Positions 58,901-64,000 of a stretch of 64,000 nucleotides of DNA are shown here, piece by piece. The notes under the pieces are model-generated. The model ran no database searches. It was not told the DNA's origin and saw only the letters and a program-made list of their open reading frames with translations. How positions within the stretch are numbered: the first letter of the stretch is position 1; each line of letters starts with the position of its first letter. Origin of the DNA: Malacoraja senta (taxonomy: Eukaryota). The stretch spans positions 19,592,001 through 19,656,000 of the forward strand of contig CM075982.1 in NCBI GenBank assembly GCA_038087875.1, in the 5' to 3' direction. Both the position numbers and the translations under genes were made by a program.

Positions 58901-61900
58901 CACTACTGTAAATGTTTTTTTATTGTCTGTCCTTTGAAAGAAATGCATATGGACGAGTGAAATGTTCTTTTCTTTTGCAGGTTACGTTTAAAACCTGATG
59001 TTGTGCTGAAGCACGTTTCAATAGCAGTGTCAGCTAGTGATCAAAGTTACATGCCACAGCAGGTGACTGTGTCGTTGGGGAGGAATTCTGGTAACATGCA
59101 TGAAGTCCGTGATATTCGTATTCCCAGTAATATGACTGGATACATTACACTGCTGGAAAACGCAAGCATCATCCACCCATGTAATTGTACAGTTTTTTGT
59201 TTCTTGTCAGATATTATCTACTATCTGTTTATTCTTACCTTACATCAAATAAGCACTTAATTGATCTGAGATTGCTCCAGGTCACGTTTCTCATATTGTT
59301 GTGAAATCTAAGTATTAGTATCAATACAATAAATAGAAACTACATTAAAGCCTTAATCCCCATGATTAACATGAGAATATATGATTTTCTTTTTAAACAA
59401 TGAAAATCTTAACTCCTTTAGTTTGACTGTGTTATTTCAAACACAGTTATTTTGCAGGAAAAAGGAATATTTTGGAATTGATTAAGTAATACATTAATTT
59501 TCATATTTCCGTATAACACAGGACAATAAATTCTTGGCGTCCATGCTGGCACTAAAAGCAGTCCCTCCAATCTTAACGCCCCACTTATTTTTCCGTTCCT
59601 GCTCTCTAAATACCAGCCTGGGATTCTCCTGTCAGACACATGGGGAAACTTACAGATAACCAAACTGCCAGGGTCTGTGGGATATGGGAAGAAACTAGAC
59701 TGTCCAGGGAGAGCCCTGTGTAAGAAGGAACTGCAGATGCTGGTTTAAACCGAAGATAGACACAAAAAGCTGGAGTAACTCAACGGGACAGGCAGCATCT
59801 CTGGAGAGAAGGAATGGGTCTGAAGAAGGGTCTCGACCCGAAACGTCACCCATTCCTTCTCTCCAGAGACACTGCCTGTCCCGCTGAGTTACTCCAGTTT
59901 TTTGTGTCTACCTTGGGAGAGTCCTCGTGGATAGAGGAGAATGGGCAAACGTCACACACTGTACCAGGTGTACTTAAGTTTGTGGAGCTGTTATACCTTG
60001 CAGCGAGCCTCTGTGTTTAACTACTGTGCTATGCAGCCTTTTGTTCTACAAATGTAGAATGGATGTGGTCTGTTCTGCAACTTATGTGAAGCTTTACATT
60101 TTCATCATAACTCGAGTATCTTATTGCCTTCTTTAAAAAAAACTTTCCAGGACTTTGGGGAACGGTTGGGTGAACTTTTAGGATGTGGCATGGTGGTTGA
60201 ATAGCTTTCTTCTGGGTTTCTCTTTTAAATAGATAATTTCTTATTCTGCACCAGAAATATATAAAGCATTATCAACATTAAGGCTGTTGCATATGACACA
60301 CAATTACCATGCATATTGTTCTCCGCTGTATTATATACCAATGGAAAATCTGCATGCTGTTAAGTCATGGGGAAAAGTCCAACATCAATTTTTCAATTTG
60401 ATGGTATCTTGATGAACCAACAAATGCACTTTTATAAAACATTTTGGCTGCTTTTTTTGTAGCAACTTAAAATTCTGTTTTTATATAGATGCTTTATACC
60501 TGTGCCTTTTAGCTCAAAGCTCAAGATACATTTCAGTGACATCTTGACTTTGTGAATGTTTGCATTTATAGGATCTTAGCGAGCTATCTACATCAAAGAC
60601 TTGACATTATATCCTGTATCTTTAAGATGCAAGGTTTTTATTACATGTTCTACTTAACCATAACAATAAGTGGATTCTGGGCATCTAGCTATTGAAAGAA
60701 TGTCATTAAGCTGGAAAGAATGCAGGAAAGGTTCACTAGGATGATACTGGATTAGAGGGTTTCAATTATATGGAGAAACTGAGGCAGTTTTCCCTGGAAT
60801 GTAGGGCATTGAGGGATGACCATATAAATCATGAAGGGCTTAGATAAGGTCAGTGGTCATAGGATAGGAGATTCTAAAACTAGAGAGTATAGATTTAAAA
60901 TGGGAGGAAAAAGATTTAGAGGATCTGAGTGCAACCTTTTCCACATGGTGATGTGTATATGGAACGAGCTGCTAGAGGAAATAGTAGAGGCGGGTACAAT
61001 TACAATGTTTAAAAGACATTTGGATAGATAAATGGAAAGAAAAGGCTTTGAGCATGTCGGGCCAAATGCGAGCAAAGGGAATTAGTTGAGCTTTCGGGTC
61101 AGCGTGGACAAATGAGGCCAAAAGGCCTAGTTCTGTTCTAGATAACTCTGACTGTAGTGACTGCTCAGGAAGATTAGTAAAGCTCATGATCTGCTCAGGA
61201 AGATTAGGAAACTTCTATATGTGCAGTTGTTTGAATGGTAAGAAAACTAATTTGTTTTCAGCAATTTGCTTTTATTAAAACAAGTTATTGTCTCCCCGTT
61301 GAAACTTCAAGTGTGTTTTCATGAAACTTGGGACTAAGCTTATCAAAGGACATTTTTAAGTAATTTTTTTATTTATAGAAATGTGATTATTGATAATGTA
61401 TTGGTCCTTTGCATATGTACTCATTAATATGAATCACCGTGTTGAATGACAGGGCTTAGATTTTGTAAGCTGTCTTCGGATAACTAAATATTTAAGTAGA
61501 ATTATGATCAAATATTGTTAACTTTCGGCTGAAAATTCCAATGTTTCAGTTCTGAGCTCAGAGTATAGGTTAATCAAATCTTCGTGTTCCAAAACATTTG
61601 TTCCAATTTCTGCCTCGGTGCACTATCCATACTCCTTCGGTGGCAATTTGAATTTTCCAAAATTGTACTTTATAGTTATGTCACTGATTCACATGGGTAA
61701 AGTCCTTTTGCATTCATGCATCCCAAATTATCCAACTTTCCTAGCTTTCCTTGCTCCTAGAATCACACTCCTTAACCTTTCAGGATTTAGCTTTTGACCT
61801 TTCTCAAACCTGTTAGATACCTGTTAGATTTCTGTCTTCGAATGATTGAACAAAGCTTGCGTTTCTGCCTTTAGCAGTGCTTCTAAAGTCATCAATCCTT

Positions 61901-63879
61901 TGTTACTTATGACTTCAAACTTTGTGTATACTGTTTATTACTTTAAAGAATTACAGTTTTGTGATTATATTTCCCTTAATAATAAATAAAGACAAGCAGT
62001 TAACATCACAGTAAGAAAGCACAATAATATCAATGCGCTGTAAATCAAACTGATTACCATGTTCCCCACTGTATAAATCAGCACACTCTGCACTAAAGAT
62101 ACCATCTGTTTCCATAAACACTGATACATTGTGAAATGCACACCTCCAGCATGAGTTTCAGCTCACTAATTTTAAGAAGAAAAGATTATGTTTGAGTGCT
62201 TTTGGAGCAACGTGAGACAGAGTATGAGAACAGGGAAAGAGTCTGCATTGTATTTAATGCAATACTGGCTGTAGAAGATGATGAGGAAGTTGATAGGCAT
62301 AAATGTAGGGAAATGCAACTGAAAGATCACATATACATCGCATTGGTAGACACAAAAACCGAAGAAGTCTGAAGAAGGATCTCGACCCGAAACATCGCCC
62401 ATTCCTTCTCTCCAGAAATGCTGCCTGTCCCGCTGAGTTACTCCAACATTTTGTGTCTACCTTCGATTTAAACCAGCATCTGCAGTTCTTTCCTATACAT
62501 CGCATATATGCCAAATCCCATATAATGTTTATTTGCGACAAATGTTTCCCAAGGTCAGTTTTGGTTCACACTGAATGATGTACAGGACAGTTGACATGAA
62601 ATAATTTCCTAATTGTCATTGGTACTTCTTTATTAGTGCCCAATTAGTGAATGTAAAGATTTCTTGGTAACTCAAGAATTTTCATAAAGTCAAGTGTTTG
62701 GTAACATTTTCAAGATGCTGATGTAAAATAGGAGGAAAAGGGCAAGGATGCAATGTAATTAATATTTAATTTTTTTATAAGTGGTACAGATAAATATTAA
62801 ACGTTGTCATGGTGATGGCTGCGACACAAGGATTCGCGGGCTCAAGACTATGGGATACCAGGTTATGAAGAAACCCGGAGTATCTGTTTCTGATGCATCT
62901 GCGATTTGGTACTTAACCTTATTAACAACGTTGGTGACTGCTTCCGTGGAAAGAAATCCAGATCTGGCACAATATGTTCTACAAGTTACGCAGTAAGTAG
63001 TTGTTTAGAATTTTATAACCAAGCAATAATCTCCATTTACATGTTCTATGTATTACTGCCGAGTATTCTTTTTGCTTGGTGCAGTTCATTTTTAGCTCCA
63101 TGAGTATTGATTAATAATAACCAACATCTCTCTCTTCCTCAGAAAAGCCCTGCAGCACATGCCGCCCCTTTCCCTCACGGCTGGGTCCACAGTATTGCCG
63201 AGCTTCATGTCAACAAATGTTCTGGAGAAAGTGGACAGTTTTCTCATCAGGATTGCAGGGTAATTATTATTTAGACAATTAGAGGTCTTGCTTTTGGAAT
63301 CAGAGTGAAGAATAGATTAAGGCAGCATATCTGGCACCCATTGAGAAAGTTGGGAGGGGGTAGTGGATGTGAATGCCTGAGACAGCAGTCCCCTTATATC
63401 GCAGAATGGCATTTTTATCGCCAAATTTTAAGTTTTGTACTATAGAAATAGGTCTATCATTGTCAGGACATAAATTAGACTGTTTATCTGTGCACATGTT
63501 TTAAAAGTATATCTCTAGCACTTGTACACCTCGATTTTGCTAGTGTATATTGCACACGTGCCAAGCTTGTTGAATATTTGTGCAATTTTATTATCAATGT
63601 AGAAATGATTGATCAGATTGAGCAAGTTGAAGAGGAAACATGCCTGATATCCCTGTACTTTGGCTACGAGCATTACTGAAAGCTATGTTTCCCACTGCAG
63701 CTGCTGTGATAGTCCTGAAGCAGAGCTGACCCTTTTGGCTTTTGCTTTGGCTAGAGGAAGTGTTGCTAAAGTGATGACATCGCTTTTGACCATCAGTGAT
63801 CACCTGGATACAGAATATCAGGCATCACCGCTCCTCACAGCCATGGCATCTGTGCGGCAAAACCAGCTCCATAAATATG
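34537..63879 (+). CDS. ZZEF1: ZZEF1 5' part; join(34537..34947,50266..50410,52847..53041,57339..57522,58981..59180,62782..62992,63143..63259,63701..63879); continues beyond window
   Basis: Spliced translation matches ZZEF1: [16 protein letters not shown]-hand [19 protein letters not shown]10 domain (SYWQSDG...HWIRL...DQSYMPQQV...[19 protein letters not shown]), [17 protein letters not shown]. Confidence 0.96.
36244..36713 (+). mobile_element. CR1 LINE 3' end
   Basis: [14 protein letters not shown]...[19 protein letters not shown]; (TTTCTATG)n tail. Confidence 0.88.
36820..38230 (+). mobile_element. Old CR1 RT remnants interrupted by a Penelope pLTR/3' fragment (about 37598-37885, -)
   Basis: [21 protein letters not shown] and KFAD remnants; pLTR with decayed hammerhead core at about 37658-37685. 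Confidence 0.65.
40371..40491. mobile_element. Palindromic pLTR mini-element (core deleted)
   Basis: About 42-bp inverted arms; 14-bp TSD TCTGCCCTTGATTC at 40357-40370 and 40492-40505. Confidence 0.8.
40672..40980 (+). mobile_element. tRNA-derived SINE (HE1/V-SINE-like), degraded
   Basis: B box GGTTCGATCC, GCTGTCTGTGTGG core, GGGCCTG tail. Confidence 0.7.
46214..46941. mobile_element. PIF/Harbinger-type MITE, 728 bp
   Basis: TIR TGGGCCTGTCCCACTTAGGCGA...; TAA TSD at 46211-46213 and 46942-46944; shares the terminal GGGCCTGTCCCAC with 17511-18027. Confidence 0.87.
48129..48262. repeat. 42-bp perfect inverted repeat with 50-bp spacer
   Basis: 48129-48170 is the exact reverse complement of 48221-48262. 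Confidence 0.9.
48770..48975. mobile_element. Palindromic pLTR mini-element with decayed hammerhead core
   Basis: 15-bp TSD TTGTTCAGAAATCTT at 48755-48769 and 48976-48990. Confidence 0.8.
49472..49915. mobile_element. Left-truncated Harbinger-type MITE with purine-rich low-complexity interior
   Basis: Right end GTGGGACGGGCCCT|TTA matches the terminus of the other two MITEs; no left TIR found. Confidence 0.55.
50266..50410 (+). CDS. ZZEF1: ZZEF1 exon 2 (EF-hand)
   Basis: cgcag| acceptor, CAG|gtagca donor. Confidence 0.95.
52847..53041 (+). CDS. ZZEF1: ZZEF1 exon 3
   Basis: cctag| acceptor, G|gtaaga donor; GFVDIFS...ILRFLHRNR...MRSSVLK. Confidence 0.95.
53080..54696 (-). mobile_element. Tc1 DNA transposon, Passport-like (IR/DR type), 1617 bp
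   Basis: TA TSD at both ends; about 215-bp TIRs starting CAGTGGCTTGCAAAAG with inner and outer direct repeats. Confidence 0.95.
53298..54315 (-). pseudogene. Tc1 DD34E transposase with a single frameshift
   Basis: [18 protein letters not shown]...GRPPKL...WSDETK...QQDND-(34)-NPIE...AAKGGSTKY; 1018 nt, 2 nt short of a 339-aa ORF; frameshift at about 53622. Confidence 0.93.
57339..57522 (+). CDS. ZZEF1: ZZEF1 exon 4 (start of DOC domain)
   Basis: cacag| acceptor, AG|gtgaat donor; [24 protein letters not shown] translated by hand. Confidence 0.94.
57745..58112 (-). mobile_element. Two tandem pLTR mini-element fragments
   Basis: GACACAAAATGCTAGAGTAACTCAG...TTTGGGTCGAGACCC repeated. Confidence 0.7.
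58113..58690 (+). mobile_element. Degraded CR1 3' fragment
   Basis: [26 protein letters not shown] remnants; GGGCC...GACTCTATGACTCT tail. Confidence 0.7.
58981..59180 (+). CDS. ZZEF1: ZZEF1 exon 5
   Basis: ttgcag| acceptor; weak donor CAT|gtaatt inferred from phase. Confidence 0.88.
59718..59914 (+). mobile_element. Palindromic pLTR mini-element inserted into an older SINE
   Basis: Inverted arms; 11-bp TSD GGGAGAG(C/T)CCT at 59707-59717 and 59915-59925. Confidence 0.8.
59786..60427 (+). repeat. Inverted duplication, copy B (probable donor)
   Basis: Reverse complement of 29804-30445. Confidence 0.93.
59820..59847 (+). ncRNA. Minimal type I hammerhead ribozyme motif with extended stem I (sense to ZZEF1 intron 5)
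   Basis: CUGAAGA, stem II GGGU-CUCG-ACCC, GAAACGUC; 59798-59819 pairs perfectly with 59848-59869. Confidence 0.68.
60690..61150 (+). mobile_element. Degraded CR1 3' fragment
   Basis: MKGLDKV...[16 protein letters not shown]...[24 protein letters not shown]. Confidence 0.75.
62344..62493 (+). mobile_element. pLTR mini-element with hammerhead core (62369-62396)
   Basis: 12-bp TSD TATACATCGCAT at 62332-62343 and 62494-62505. Confidence 0.8.
62782..62992 (+). CDS. ZZEF1: ZZEF1 exon 6
   Basis: ataag| acceptor, CA|gtaagt donor; VQINIKRC... Confidence 0.88.
63143..63259 (+). CDS. ZZEF1: ZZEF1 exon 7 ([11 protein letters not shown]...FLIRIAG)
   Basis: ctcag| acceptor, GG|gtaatt donor. Confidence 0.93.
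63701..63879 (+). CDS. ZZEF1: ZZEF1 exon 8 ([12 protein letters not shown]...LHKY)
   Basis: ctgcag| acceptor, G|gtaagc donor. Confidence 0.93.
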
Positions 63880-64000
63880 GTAAGCATTTTGCAATATAGT
63901 CAACAATCTTTATCGAGTGCAGAAGTATGAACAGTAATCTATTGAACATGTTGTCTCAGTTGATCAACAAAGCTGCCATACCTCTTGCTCACTATCACAT

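Noticed and set aside
59181-62781. U12-type intron
   Set aside because: The donor is GTAATT, not GTATCCTT, and no TCCTTAAC branch site is seen

Overview
Eukaryotic, vertebrate genomic DNA. The repeat content (HE1/V-SINE-like SINEs, CR1 LINE tails ending in (TTTCTATG)n, abundant Penelope-like elements) suggests a cartilaginous fish, probably a skate or ray (inference). Three genes lie in the same arrangement as at human 17p13.2. (1) The last nine coding exons of ANKFY1 (+; ankyrin repeats and FYVE finger; stop at 19332). (2) The complete 4-exon CYB5D2/neuferricin (-; 28253 to 23415; 271 aa). (3) The first eight coding exons of ZZEF1 (+; ATG 34537; gene runs off the window). Introns and intergenic DNA hold Penelope-like (GIY-YIG) fragments, CR1 and Rex-type LINE pieces, tRNA-derived SINEs, PIF/Harbinger MITEs and a near-intact Passport-like Tc1 transposon. 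The most notable signal is a dense population of short Penelope-pLTR-derived elements. Many carry a minimal type I hammerhead ribozyme core (CTGAAGA-AGGGTCTCGACCC-GAAACGTC), are often palindromic, and are bounded by 11-15 bp target-site duplications. One copy has the core framed exactly by a long stem I and lies in a 642-bp, about 99% identical inverted duplication 29 kb away. Further local duplications also abut these elements. Other observations are a GC-AG intron in ANKFY1, a 41-bp ETS-motif tandem repeat at the ZZEF1 promoter with a CpG-decayed stranded copy, and several unexplained hairpins. Coordinates were read by hand; repeat boundaries are approximate.
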